Under the pieces are notes generated by a model, which saw only the letters and a program-made list of their open reading frames with translations, was not told the DNA's origin and did not search any database. The position numbers were made by a program, and so were the translations under genes. Shown in pieces: positions 13,561-27,300 of a stretch of DNA of 64,000 bases. How positions within the stretch are numbered: position 1 is the stretch's first letter; each line of letters starts with the position of its first letter. Origin of the DNA: Raillietiella orientalis (taxonomy: Eukaryota); assembly GCA_036172245.1 (NCBI GenBank), contig JAYWIR010000042.1, forward strand, positions 124,001 through 188,000, in the 5' to 3' direction.

Positions 13561-14029
13561 CTCAGAGAATTCCCGTTTTCGAATTTACCAATGGAAATTC
13601 GCGACATCAAGAGAGACGAAACCGGGCAGCGGCGTTCGCTTCGCTATCCCCCACTCCCCAGCACGGAGCGGAAGAAGCGGGCTTGAGATTCCAAATCGAG
13701 GGAATCGGCCCTGATGAATGTTCGCACATCTTGAGCCACATTAGATTTTCCACCCCGATTAATGTCAGAACATCATGCACTGTGTTCAAGATAAGAAATC
13801 ATTGCGCAGAAGGAAGGGAGAAGAAAAAAAAAAAAACAGTCGATGCATCCAAAGAGGACGCTGGACCAACCCCTGCACCCTCGCGGCCGGAACGAAGAAA
13901 GCGGGGTGCCTCGTTGATCATCGCATGTGGAAAATTTGCATGGTCAGGTTCCTCATGTGCGGGGGAGGGGGAGGGTTTTGGAGGAAGCCCCGCATAGCTC
14001 CCGTCTCCGTAGAGGTGCCTCTAAGCTAG

Positions 14030-15190
14030 CTGAAAGTTAAGTCCTCCTGGAAGCGCTCTTGAGAAATCGATTTCGAGTAAGGAAAGTTGCCAGGACTCTA
14101 GAGAAAGCGACCGCCCTTGCTGCTCCGAGAACAAATCGATCACCCCCCTCCTCAAAAAAACTGAAGCGAGCAATCGTCGGGCACGGCACCCCTACAACCG
14201 GCGTTTCACATCCTGTTTTGAGAGCTTCCTTGGAAACCGTGCAACGCGGACGTATCAACCGAGAGTGTTGTGAGGGAGATGCCGTCGGAGATGCATCGCA
14301 CCGAGCCAGTCGCCGCTTTGGCCTCCGCGATCCACGGAGAGGACAGTGGAGCATCTCAAACCCAGGGCAGCCTGCCTGGTGGCTCTTCAGCTCTGGAAAA
14401 CCCCGGAGTCATCCAAGAAGTAGCGGACTTGCTAGGCGTTGCTATGTCCAAGAAGACACGGGAGACGGTCGAGCACAGAATCCGAAAGTCCCTGAGGAGG
14501 CTGCACGGCGCTGCTTTTTTCAGCCACCTGATTAAAGATTCCACGGCCAATATCGAGGAAATCCTGCTGAAACGCGTCGTTCTTGCTCGAATGCGACCGG
14601 AAAGAACTGGCGGAGTCCATCCCCAAGGAAAGCCCGACCTCCACTTGGAGCAAAAACCTGATCCTGGACGGGTGGTTCGCAGAGTCCAGGTACTTCCCGA
14701 TAATCTTTTTGGGCCATCTGCAGATAGAGATTATTCATGAGAAAAGAAAGCAATTGGAATTTAGTGATCCTGGCTTATCGTTTCCCAACATCATGGTCTA
14801 GTGTCTCCTTCCCCTGCATCGTGAATCTCGAACGAAGGAGGAAGATGGCGTTCCTGAAATCACAGAGAAAGTACGCAACCCAGAGGAATCCTGCAATCCT
14901 AATTCGACTCATTTCCCGGTGGGTGGGCCGATAGGGCTGCCGAAGTGTTTAAAACAAAGGAACCTCGCGTACGCGATGGATTCGGGAGCTCTTCCCTGGA
15001 ATTGGGTCCTCGGAATTCCGGAATGGGAAACAATCCACCTGAATCAAGGGTCTGACAAATTGTACGTGTCTTTGGATAAACAGCAAAGAAGGAGTATCCG
15101 GCAAAAATTGGCCAAGAAGGACACAGAAAAGGAAGTCCACTGTCCATCGGTCGGCATTCCAAGTGATTTTCGCGGACGTGAGGTAATCTA
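14030..15190 (+). mobile_element. Decayed L1/Tx1-clade LINE RT fragment
   Basis: DLLGVAMS...VEHRIRKSLRRL...LLKRVVLA resembles the YLG/post-RT region of L1-clade ORF2. PGLSFPNI resembles GGLG.P.I. Confidence 0.55.
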
Positions 15191-15203
15191 ACCCCCTCCA
15201 GAG

Positions 15204-15210
15204 TATAAAA
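15204..15210 (+). promoter_or_regulatory. Candidate TATA box of the fucosidase-like gene
   Basis: TATAAAA lies 100 bp upstream of ATG 15304, just after a LINE remnant. Confidence 0.45.
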
Positions 15211-15303
15211 GCACAATTCCCTTTGAATTCTCCTTCCAGTTTCCTCAGCTCTCCTTCCCCTGTGGTGCTTTGGCAGACGTGCGTTTGCGGTTCGCTTTTC
15301 AGG

Positions 15304-18300
15304 ATGAGCAGGAATTCGAATCACCTTTGGCTCGCTGTGATTGGGGTCCTTCTCGCCAGCACGAATTCCGACATGATTCCGAACCACAAAATGCCCATTC
15401 CGCGATGGTACACCGACTCCAAGTTTGGCATTTTCATCCACTGGGGAATCTACAGCGTCCCGCCTTGCACCGAAAATTTTCGTTGCTACTATTGGCACGA
15501 TGCAGGTTAGTTGCTCAGAAAGTGGTCACGCGCTTCCTTCTTCCCTGTGAGTAAGATGCCTGCCTACTACTGCATGCTTGAGAGAAAAAAAAAAAATGCT
15601 GGCAGAAGATAAATCGAGGATATGCCTTAATCCTTAATCCATTTGTATTATGTGGCGTAGTAACCACATGACTCCTTTCGTATTTAATATTTTAATCTTG
15701 ACGAATAAGAAATGTGCCTGGCAGCCTGCTTCTATAAATGGAAAATCATAACTCAAGTTCATGCAGATTTAGATGATTCCGTCATTTTTGTTAATGTCTC
15801 CAGTTCCGTTAACCGTTATCGCTCTTCCTCTGACCGTCTCCAAGAGCTTAACTCCCGTACTGAAGTTTGTAGAGGTTTGAGAATCCTCAACAGGAGAACG
15901 CCCATCAATCACTTGGCCGTTGTTTAGAATGCGGAAACACCCGATGAGAACACCACCTCTTCCAGGTTGCCTACTTTATGATCCACTGAATGACTCCTTG
16001 TTGAAGTTCTTCGTTCTTGTTGATTCAGGCTCTGAGCGATCCTTTTTCTGACCAATCTGGACGCTTCCCCGGCGTGGCTCAAAATACCTTGCCTTTTGTG
16101 CACATCAGTTCCTGCATACTTTTGACCTTATGAGGGATGACTATAGCACTCTTGCGGGACATTTGCTTCGGGATCCGTGGACACGATGAAGAATAGCAAA
16201 ACACAGTTTCACATCCTAGGGCTCACAGATCTGAGGAAATTCTGTTTCGTAGTAACTAATCCACATACATCTTATCTGCGTGCATAACGCAGGGTTCACA
16301 GGAATTTCATCTTGCATCCAGAAATGAATGGATACCGCATCAGTGAGCTTGCAATACAGAGTTTGTGAGCACCTTGGTGACCCAATGTGCAACATTTGCG
16401 TAATACACGAAGTCGATCTCTCGACCTGTCAGCTAGCAAGAACGAAATCAGCGATTCTCATCACAGTTTTGCTGATGAGGAGCAGAAATGATAGTGACAA
16501 GGTAGGAAGGAGTGGATGCTGCCCTCAAAACAACCCAAATGGCACGTAAAAGATGCCTACAAAATCAAAGTTGCAAACTTGAGCAAACCTGTAGTCTCAT
16601 TCTGAGACGAAGCTCAGCCTGGCTTTCCTTTCCCGTGCTAGGATAACACGTTCCGCTCACTACGACGGGTGTGCTGAGAAAAATGAGCAGGAGGACTTGC
16701 AAAATGTGAAGAGATGTGCCTGATACTCCATTATGGATGAACCAGCACTCACCTGTTCGATAGGACCATTCCCGAAACTAGAGGATTCCTTACAGGGTTC
16801 AGCGTTGCTTGCAACTGGGAGACGTTGACAGACATCACTGTTTGGGAGTTATGGGATAAAAATCTTGCTCAAGCCTCTTCAAGCGAAAAGACCGAGGCAG
16901 TGTGTTAAATATGAATCCAAGAACTCTCTAGCCTTTGGAAACTGAGGGTATAAAGGTCCTCTTCCATACTGCAATTTCCATTTATTAGAAGAGGTCATGG
17001 TGATAATTTCTACGTGTTCGATTAGGCACTTCATCTTGGCTTTAAATGATCCAGTAAAGATGAGCTCCCACGAAACGTGGGTAAACCTAAATTCGTTCCT
17101 GAATTCCGTGAACTCAGAAAAGATTGCTTGTGAAAGATTCATAAAAAGTTGTGGTTTGCTGTCACGTTTCTCTCGAGCTAAAGTAATGTTAGGAATCCTT
17201 CTAGAAGAAAACCTTTCGATGATTTGGAGCAGCAAACGGATCCCAACGGAAATCAGCTGGAGAAAAGAGGTTAAAAAGCCAACTTGCTAAAAATGCACGA
17301 TAGAGGTAATAAAGTCCTCGAGGTCTTTTCGATGCAGAAGTTTCCGAGGACCATGCACTTATCTAAGTTACTCATCTAACATGATTTCTAAACCTCATAT
17401 TGATGAACAGGACAGATTCAATGATCCACCTCTATCTCTACTACATTCATGGCAATGACACGTCACCGTGCAATTCAATGAGCAAGAGTCTCTAGTGAAA
17501 ACGACAGCAGTTCAGGCAAACTCAGCCTCATGTCTCAGATTGGGACCTTAGCACGTGGTGTGGCGAATTTTTGTCGGGCAAACGCCACATGAGCAGAAGA
17601 ATGGTCCATGCTTCCTCTCAGCTCTATCCATCTTCAAGATAAATTCATCCTATGAGACAAACTCTTGCAGTGCCTTGCTTATGCGATGGCTGCTATCTTC
17701 TTTGAGGTTACTGTACAGAACAACTTTAAGGGGGCTATGATTTCTGGCTCTGCAAATGCAGAAGCCCGCGACAGCCTTCTCAACCGAACCGCAATTTACT
17801 GTCTTTGGTTTCCTCCCAGAATTGCCATGCTTGATGGATTCAATGCCTTATGCACAGTCGCAGACGAATCATCGTGATAGCGGTATACTCAGCAGTGTCC
17901 GTATGTTTTTCGTTTGAAGGCGTCTCCACGAGATTACATGGTGTATTTAGTGAAGGTATCATCTTAAACATGTTCCCTGGTGAAATCCATTCCGAGGACC
18001 TCGATCGCCGTGTTCCTGCCCTGGCATGCATCGGTCACACTGTGTGTGATTCCCACTCAGCGTCTTGAGGAACCTATGGCGTCGCTGGCACACTCCGTTA
18101 GAGACCTTCCGGGTGATGGAGCAGAGAGACTCACAGCCCAGACGTCCCACGATCTGTGTACGGCCAAAGCACCCCTTCCTGTGCGCATTTCTTGCAGACC
18201 GATCGAGCTCCACTCCTGGGCGGACCGAACTTCTCGACCATTTGCCAGAACCCTGGCACTTCCATGCTTGCGAACGGGAATCTCGAAAAATGGGTCTCCG

Positions 18301-21300
18301 TCTCATCCGAGTGGGGCGTATTCCTTTGGCTTCTGTGGCCGGCAAACAGTTGGTGCCACATCAGCAAGTACCATATAGCATCTCTGTAGCCGAAATCGCT
18401 ACAAACAGCTGCACCACTTGCTCTCGTTCAGTCAATGGTCAGAGTCTGCATGCATTAGTAGGGACATTAGGGAGAAGTCAGGGGAGGCTGAGGAAGTGCA
18501 ATCGACAACGCATCTCACTTCGAGATCATTGCTTGTATTAAGTGCTCTTAAAGCGACATTATCATGTCTGTCTGAGGAATCGATCCCCTTCTCGTGATGA
18601 GGGGAATCCTTGCCGATGCGCACGGTCCGCTACCAAGCCGTTCTAAACAAAGAGCGAGCAAACAGAAATGAAACCAGGAGCCGTGGAAACAACTGGACTC
18701 AATTCACCGAGATGATCTCTCTCTCTGTTCCCTTATCTATACTACAGACAGTCCAGCGAAAGTCTCTGTTCTGGACTATCTGGCTGAGGAGGAGTTGCAA
18801 CGGAGACCTAACCGTTACAAGCACTAGATGCGAGAGGCCGCCGCTGATCGAAGATGAATGGATCTCAGCTAGTACATCCAGAGTGGCTGAACTGCCCATC
18901 TACGAGCCGAAGACGCATTGCCTGAAGCAAGAGCTTCATGTGTCTTCTCTGCTTTAACACGCACGGTAGCTATTATTTATCTGGTGGAGAACTTCCTCTT
19001 CTGGCCGCAAAAATGCCCGATCCTTCTCTCCGATCCTCATACTCTCAACACTCGCATGTCAGGTCAGGTCAATATCTCGAATTCTGTGTGCAAATTGCAC
19101 TCCCTACAGAGCTGTGTGCAACTTTGACGTGGCAGTCCATGCAAAGAATCGAACGTTTGGTGGCAAGGCATGCCTCTAGCATTGTAGGAGCGGAGTTTAT
19201 AAGGGACCGACTCCCCTCCAGCAATCTTTCAGCGGAGAGCCGTCGATCCATCAGGGTTGCGGAGGGATTTCATACTTCCTTCCAGGCAGCTGGAACGATG
19301 AGCTGCTCTGCAAGCTGCTCCGTTTTTTCCAGCATCCTTACCCTCCTCAAAAAGAATTCTTCTTAATTCTTGACGTGTAGAGTTTCGAAAGCTTACCTAT
19401 GGTGAGGACGTTTGATAAGGTGCTGTTTTCTTGTTTCCTCAGTTTCCTTCGATGCCGCCTTTCAAACATATATGAACAGAATTTACCCTAAGCGTACGTT
19501 GTATCCAGCGTTTGCAAAATACTTCAAAGGAGAATATTTTTGCTCTGAAGCGTGGGCTGATGCGATAGCGTCTTCAGGTGCCAGGTTTGTACCTAAACAA
19601 ACGCGGTCAGTGGGGGGGAGAGTTTGCGTTCCTGGCCCTGCGAATCCTCGTGAGACCAAACCCATCTCAGTGAAACGCCCCCGAACCCGAAACAACCAGC
19701 TCACAGTGCTGAAGAACTCATCTGCTTATGAGAATCCACAAGCGTTTTCCCAACTGATTGCAGGAGAATTTCTCTATGAGCCTCCGCGGGAATCCGTTCC
19801 AAATTGATGCGGACCCAGGCGCACGCTCATACATTCAGCTCATGCGCTCTTTCTGCTCACACGATCAGTGCAAATGCCTCCACCGCGATACGGAAACACC
19901 CCCGGCTCGTCGATTCCTGCAGCCGTGTTCAGAGTACGTCTTGCAATTCTTCCCATCCGTATCCCAAGTCAACATCGATGATGGTGGAACTCCTCAAGGG
20001 CAACAAAACGAAAGTCGACCCATTCCACATTCTTGTGCGTGGAGCGCTGACTGACATTCTAAGACTGAAGTCTGAGTTCGAGGACCTCAGCCACGTCTAC
20101 TAGAGAGAGAGAAACAGTGGAGCAAGATAGACTGTTTTCCAAGGTGTCTGGTCGCCAGAAGATCACTTTTTGAAACAGTGCCATGAGCACAAAGATGTAA
20201 TCACAAAGGAAAGGAGGTATCCAATGGTAGACTTTTGCGTTTGGTAGAAGACAAACTCATAGGCGTAGGTTCTCCAGTGGAAGGTCTGAGCTATCAGAGC
20301 AGGAAGAGTCAAGAATGGTAGGTGCACAAGTTTCCATTAAAGCAGCCAGCGAAAGCAACTCAGTTTTTCAAGCAACTTGCAGATTCAGTGGCGGATTCTT
20401 TTCCGAAGAGATCCTCGTGCCGCTGGATGGCCGAGATGATTAGCTCCAGTGTGCTTTGAAATGGTACCTTTCCAGAACGTTAGAAGCGGAAGCTCATCTT
20501 GGGTTTCTGAAACCAAATACCAGGCAGCATCTTCGTAGTTAAGAAGCAACCCACAAGTAAACACTCTTCGTTCAGGAAAAACGAGTTGAGATGGACCCTT
20601 CAAGGATTCGTCGGATCCATCAAGTCGAATGTTTCGGTCCGCGTCGGCGGCCGTGTGACTGCGGTGTTCCCGCGTGGTGCCAAGCGCTGAATGTTCTAAT
20701 CCCGCCGGGAGAAAGGGTCGACGCCGACAAATGGATGCCTCGTGGGTCTCGAGCGCCCTCGCGGAATGGCTCTGGTTGGCCTGTAGGCTTCGGATGAGAC
20801 GCCGGTAGAAAGAAACCACTTGCTATCGTCGAGTGGCTGGGATTGGGAGTTTACCTTCCGGGGTCCTACCAGGATTCAAGGAACCGGTTTCCTTCGGGGT
20901 TTCCCTCCGAGAATGAGAAGCCCTCTCCATCGCGGAGGGGAAACTTCCATCGCGTTCTGTGAAGCTGGTTGATTGGGAGGTTGCCTCTCTAGAGTGTCCA
21001 AGTAGCGCGCTGCTCTCTTCGGGAGCGGCCCTTTACGGAAATTGGGAATCGTCCCTTCGCGGTTCCATTCGGAGACAACCATAGCGCGGGTTCTTTTCGG
21101 AGTTTTCCCTCTTAAGCGTAAGAGGAAAGGATTCAATTCCTCCGGTTCCTTTTTGGATGCATAGGGTGGTCACCGGAATACCCCCTGTAACTTGAAGAGT
21201 AACAAGCACCCTCGGGAGACGTTGAACAACGTTAAAGAGCTCCCTGACCCCTAGGGGAGCGGTTGTGGAGTGCTTCAGTCTTGCAGATAGAAGCTTTGGA

Positions 21301-24300
21301 ACTCGCTCTGACTCAGTGAGGCGCCTCGAAACTCCATCAGCTCTTCGCAGGTTGACTGACTGCACTGTGACAGGATGAACTGTGACTCCTCAAGATGCGG
21401 AGAACAGTTTCGGCATTGTGGAGAGTGTCTTCAGCAATCACACTCTCCACGATGCCGGAAGTGTTCTCCGCATCTTGGGAATGATAGATTGCGTGAGGCT
21501 AGATGCTTAGATGGATAAGCTGGTCGAATGTCAAAGAAGGTGGGCTCCGCAGATGCATCGGAGTACCAATTGACGGAACGCGTTCCGCAACGGTTCGAAC
21601 GTTCAGAGAATTCACTTGCTCCCAGGATGCGAAATTGAGAAGAATGGGCCAAATTATCCACAGGAACCATAAGTTGGTTCCGTTATGCTCACCGTAGAGC
21701 TTGGGACGAAGGTCTGAATTTCTGGCACCATCGAGGAGGCAAACGGAGCAACGAAAGAACGGAGAACCCTACTTTTTTTGGCTTGGCTCATCAACATGAA
21801 CGCATCTGCTGTGTTCTCTTGATTCGGAAAATACCATGTCTTTTCCGTTTCCTCATAGGCAGAAAGCTGGGAGCAAGGGATTCCTTCGGACCCATATTCT
21901 GGTAACAGTGAAATGCCTAAGCACTACTGCTGCTGTCGAGTCAAGCATGAGTTTTCGACACTCCACATCAAACAGATTTTAGAATGGACTTTTCTCCTTC
22001 GCATGGAGCTCCTGAGTAATAGAACTACTCTAGGATCTTGTCACTTGGATCCGCCGTTGCACTAATTCTAACATTGGGGTGCCGCCAAATCTTGCTTCTA
22101 GCTGCGATTCCGTATAAGAACCATGACGGAAATGTGAAAGATCGCTCTGAGGCATTGGACAATCGGGCGGAAAATCGCCAGCGTGCATCAAGAACCAGAA
22201 ATGCAAACGATTCTTGACGCCAGAGCATTTGCTACTCCCTGTTCTAGAGGGCTTCTTGCTTTGGGAGATGCTCACGGCAGTGGTGGAATGAAAGCATTAT
22301 GAAAAGAAGCGAAGCGGTCATCAGCAACCTCATTTCTAAGCAGAAGCAGTGGCGATGCTCACTGGGCAAGATGGAACTTTCTGGAAATTGCTGAAAATGT
22401 TGAAAACAAACTCATCCTGGCAAGCGAAGTGGGCAAGCAGAACAGGCCCAAGCGACCTCTTTACTTCCGTTGAGTTCTTGTGGGACTTCGAGCACCTTTA
22501 GACGCTAAAGGTCCATTGGCGCGGAGAAAATGGCAATCTTTTTGACGGAAGTTCCCACCTGCGAAACAGTCTTTTTTTTACCAAGCGTTTGGAATTGCTT
22601 TCCTCTTGCATTGAGTTTACTTCACCGCAGGATTTCAATCCACGAAAAGGTGCGATCTCTGGATCTTCCTTAAATCCAAACCACATCAGCCCGTACGATG
22701 GTGGAAAAAGACGAAGGAACGGTGATGCAATCGCTGCTTTTCTTACTCCGCTTGTGCCGCCTTATGCCTCTTCGGTCGAGTCATTTTTTTTTTTTTTCCG
22801 TTCGCATCAGTTTCCAAATAGAAGTTCCCGCTGCTTCTCTCTTCGAACCAGTACCTATGGAACCAAAGTGCCGGAAAGGCAATAAAGGAGAAATGGCCTC
22901 AAAGCAAAATAGGAAGATGCAGAGGTCTTCGTTATTTTCTTCCACGGGACGACTTGAAAAGTTTCAAGATGGCGGATCAAATGAACGGAAAATTTACTTC
23001 AGAATCTGTCGTCTTTTAGCTTTCCAGTGAAAGAGAATCCCTCCGTGTCGCGATAGCTGGTGGCCCGTTGCCTTGCTTAGCAACTTTATGGGATGCTGGG
23101 ATATAATTGACGCGAACGTTTCGTTTATCGAAATTAGGAAAGCAGGGATTTATCTTTAGGTGATGAGGCAGCATTGTTTATAGCATTGACGTGCTCGCTG
23201 CAAAATTTTAGTTTAGAGCAGGTGGCATCATCTGCCTCTACTTCTACCTACCTACAAAATGCTCTCTCTAAAGCTTGCCTGTGTAATATGCTTGTTCGAT
23301 AAGTGTCAGAGTCGTTTCTTTCCGTCACGCACAGAAGGAAGATCGCAGGAGCTTGGAGGATAGTCCTCCAAAGAGAAACTCCTGGTCTCGAACCTGATGA
23401 AACCCTGAATCTCTTCCCCTCATGCGGGTGTGCATGTACGAGCATACGGAACCAGGAGCGCGTCCTGCTCGTCGGATTTCACTGGTTCGTGTGCTCGGTT
23501 GGTTCCTCCGGTGGAAAACTTCCCCCCACTCCAATGCAGTAGCTCACTTTGTACATCCTCAGCGTATCCTGAGGGGAGCCGTCTGTGAGCTTGGAATGCA
23601 GCTCTGAAAATCCCCAGTACGCTCTTCTGCATCTTCTTCGTTGGATAAGCGGGGCGGCGAGGACGGGAAGGGAAAAAAAGAAAGGAAAAGAGAATTTCAC
23701 GGTGTGTCCGTGTATCCCCTCTCTCGTGACTGCTTGACGCTCTTGAGACAAGCGAATGGTTGAACGGCTTGCTGGATGGGCGACGCGGATGGCGGCAGCA
23801 CACACGCAAGCCAAAGGAAGTCTCTTTGTCCTTGTGCACCTTCTGGTGACTTTCAGATACGTTGTCCTGATGTCTCATCACAATGACGGGTACTGCTTGT
23901 GGAATTCGAAGCACTGCACGGTGTGGAATACGATCGTCTCCGGACCACGGCGAGACATCGTCGGTGAGTTGGCAATTCTCTCTCCCAGGTGTGTAAGTCT
24001 CCTTGGAAACTGAAAGGAGAGCTCTTGAATTCTACGAGGAAGAGGAGAATGAGGTTCGGTCTATTCTTCTCCATGGACGAGTATATGAGCCCTCTCTTCC
24101 ACTCGGACAAATACCTGAACTTCAGGGTGAATGAATTCCCAAAATTGAGGACCATTCCTCTGTTATATGAATTGGTAAAGTTTTCAACTAGCAATAATCA
24201 CGGCTCAGTCGCCTTCCTCGCCTATGATACTGCCCGTACCAAGGCTGAATTGGTACGAAACACCAATGTCGCTGTTGACTTCTTATTTCGAGACCGCGCA

Positions 24301-27300
24301 ATTATGCTCTTACGTTGGAAAAAACCACAGATGATACTTTCTCTCAAACTACGGTCTGCATATGCGGGTATCTCCCTCTGCATCTCTCCAAGAGGCCGAT
24401 TCTGGAAAAAAAGTGGGCGGGGGTTCTATTTTCGGAATCCCCCTTTCCCAAGGTGGTTGAAATTCCACGATCCTCCTTTTTGGTCTCCCATTCCTGGAGG
24501 CATCGCTTGCTTGGAGGCGACCCGTGCCTGCGACCGTTCCTTGACGGGCCGATTTTTTCGTCACGAGAGAATGGAAGAAGCAAAGGCAGCGAGAACTGCG
24601 AAAATTCGTCCTCATACTGCCAAGCTGTGGATTTGCGGAACGCGGATAAGACAAAGGCAGAAGCGCAGCAGAAAAATTCTTGCATAGCAACGAGCGAACT
24701 TTCCCTCTTCCGAATCGCATGCAAAACCGCGGATGCGGTCTGTCACTCTCCCTCCCAGCCGCGCCGGCTCCTCCCCTAATCGCGATCCGTGCAAGTCGAG
24801 CGGCCACCCTTCCCGAGCTTCATCCGAACTTTTGTCTCCCTTGTTGAAGGTCAGAAAATACTCTCCCGATCTGTTGTGGGTCTCAGGAAACAAAGAACCG
24901 TTTGAGTACTATGAAAGGGACACGTTCCTGTCGTGGGTGTACAACAAGAGCTCAGTGGGGAAACACATCGTGATAAACAGCTGCTGGCATTCCGATGGCT
25001 GCCCTGAATGGAAACGTAAGTAGGGGCTTCCCCCCGTTCCCTACACAAGACACGACTCTCAACGCTCCCGATGGGCTGCCCCATCGGGCGCCCGAACCGC
25101 ACGCTGGCGGCCGCGTGGCTGCCGTCCTTGAGAGTGGCATTGCGGGTTCGAATCCCATCCGGGGAAGCGTCGTGGCTTTCGAGTGCACCCCGTAGGATGA
25201 CGCTGGTTGGCCTGTAGGCTTCCAGAGCGGCACCAATGGAAGCCAGGAACTCCCGGAGGTGCCCATTAAGTGGCCGGAACTTGGAAGCTGACTCCTCGGG
25301 GTCCTTCCCGGAATGAAGAAGCCCTCTGGGGCTCAAGTCCTCCGGTCGTGTGAAAGGGGACCCTCCATCACGTACCCATGGAGCTGTTGGTGGATTGATA
25401 CCTCCCCAGAATGTGAAGAAGCGCTCTGCTTCTAAAGGGTGGGCAGGAGAGAACTTCACACTCTGGGGAAAACAAGGATGAGGCTCTCCTCGGAGACAAC
25501 CAGGGTGTGGGTTCGGGGGGGGTTTACCCTCTTACGCGTAAGAGGAGAGGACTCGTTCCCTCAGAGCGCTTTCTGGAAGCATAGGTTGGTCCTCTCCCAG
25601 TGTACCCCCTGCAACTTGAAGGGTCAACACGCACCGCCAGGTGGCGTGGAACAGGGTCAAAGGGTTTCGCGAGTTCCTAGGCGAGTGGCTCTTGCTTCAG
25701 CCAAGGGCAAGGGTCGGCTTTTCCTCCGGTGCGCGGGAGGACTTTCTTCCAAGGATGGCGCGGCCTGCGTCCGGGCGGAAGCTGGAAAATTTGCTGATGT
25801 GCTTTGCAGAGCCGCAGGAGTTACGGCAGACCTATTCGAACGATCGCTCGGCACCACCGTGGAGGATCCCTTGCTATTTTAACGGGATATCTGAAATTAG
25901 ATCTTGTTGTTTTTTTCACTCAACGGCGACGACTGGCAGCACGAGAAGAAAGGGATAGAAGAAAAGGAAGGGAAGAAAAAGAAAGAACAGCAATAATAGT
26001 CTCATTATTTTCTTTGCTCATCACTGCGCAAAAAAAAAAAAAAAGCTGCACTCAGCGGGACTGATGTAAAGGAAAATGCACGTTGGATACGCGCGCGTTT
26101 CGCCGGTCCTCGAGAGGCAAATTGGTAAATTTCACGTGGAAGACGTGACACGGAATACCGGGCGAAGTGGATGAAGCACGGGAGGGGCCGTCGCGTTCGG
26201 GCGTGCACCGCCGGGTACGGATGTTCCGCGGAGATAGAAGAAATGAGTCAGGATGCTCCTGGCGTAGGCGTCTGGAGCAACACTCGAAGTTCACCTCCGA
26301 TGCGTGCCGTTCGCTTGATGACGGATGGCGGTGCGGAGAAAGAATTCCTCCTCTTTTTCGGGATCGGCTCCGACACCGACGAGTTGCCGGCGCAGCCACA
26401 GGGCATAGGAGCTCAACGAACGGGGTGGAGAAGAGAAGCTGGGTTCCCTTAAGGGCCAGAACCAGGATGAAACATCGCAGCACACGCCATGACGACGTGT
26501 CGGATTACCTTCGGGCATCTTCCAGCATTCTGTGCCTCGTAGTTTTTTTCCATTTTTCCACCCCTGTGGTCCGCTTGCAAAGGCATCCCGACCTGGATTG
26601 TCAGGAATTTCCGAACGTGCTTTACGGACTCTTCGTCTTGACATCCAGCTCCAGCGGGTAGGGGGAGGAAAGTTTGCCGTAGCAAACGCCGAGACTGAAA
26701 GCGAACGACGCCGCAAATTCGAACGACAGGAGGAACGGCGGCTGCTTTTCTATGCAGCCGATCTTTTGATTCCTCGAAACCCACGTTTTCGCCTCGTTGG
26801 GCTTATACTGGCTCCAGGGAGCCATGCCACTGCAAAGATGCCGCAGGCAAACTAGCAGATGATCAAGGAAGAAACCGCAAGAGGCAAGAACGTGAAGCTT
26901 TGTGCCGATCTTAAGTCAGAGTGGGTTCTTCTCGAAAGGAAGAAAGAGAAAAGCTGCGAAACTTCCCCGTCCGGAAGGAGCGTCCTGAAAGAACACAGCC
27001 ACCTCCGTCCCCATCCCTCGGAGGTCGATGCCGCGAACCAGTTTTGACTCGCTCTCTGCGTTCACCCCACCAGCACGGAAAGGCAGCAGCGGGACGGGGC
27101 TACCAAGGTACTCGCGAAGGGTGGTGAGCAGCCGAAAGCGCGCCCGTACGTAAAAGTGTACGCGCACTTTTGCGTTGGAGGCCTTGGAGGCTGCGGTTCT
27201 CCGCGCGCGTGGTTCCAAGCGTCGCGGGTTCGAATCGCGCCTGAGGAAGGATCGATGCCGAGAATAGGGGTGCGCCGTCGTAGGTTTCGAATCTGCTTCC

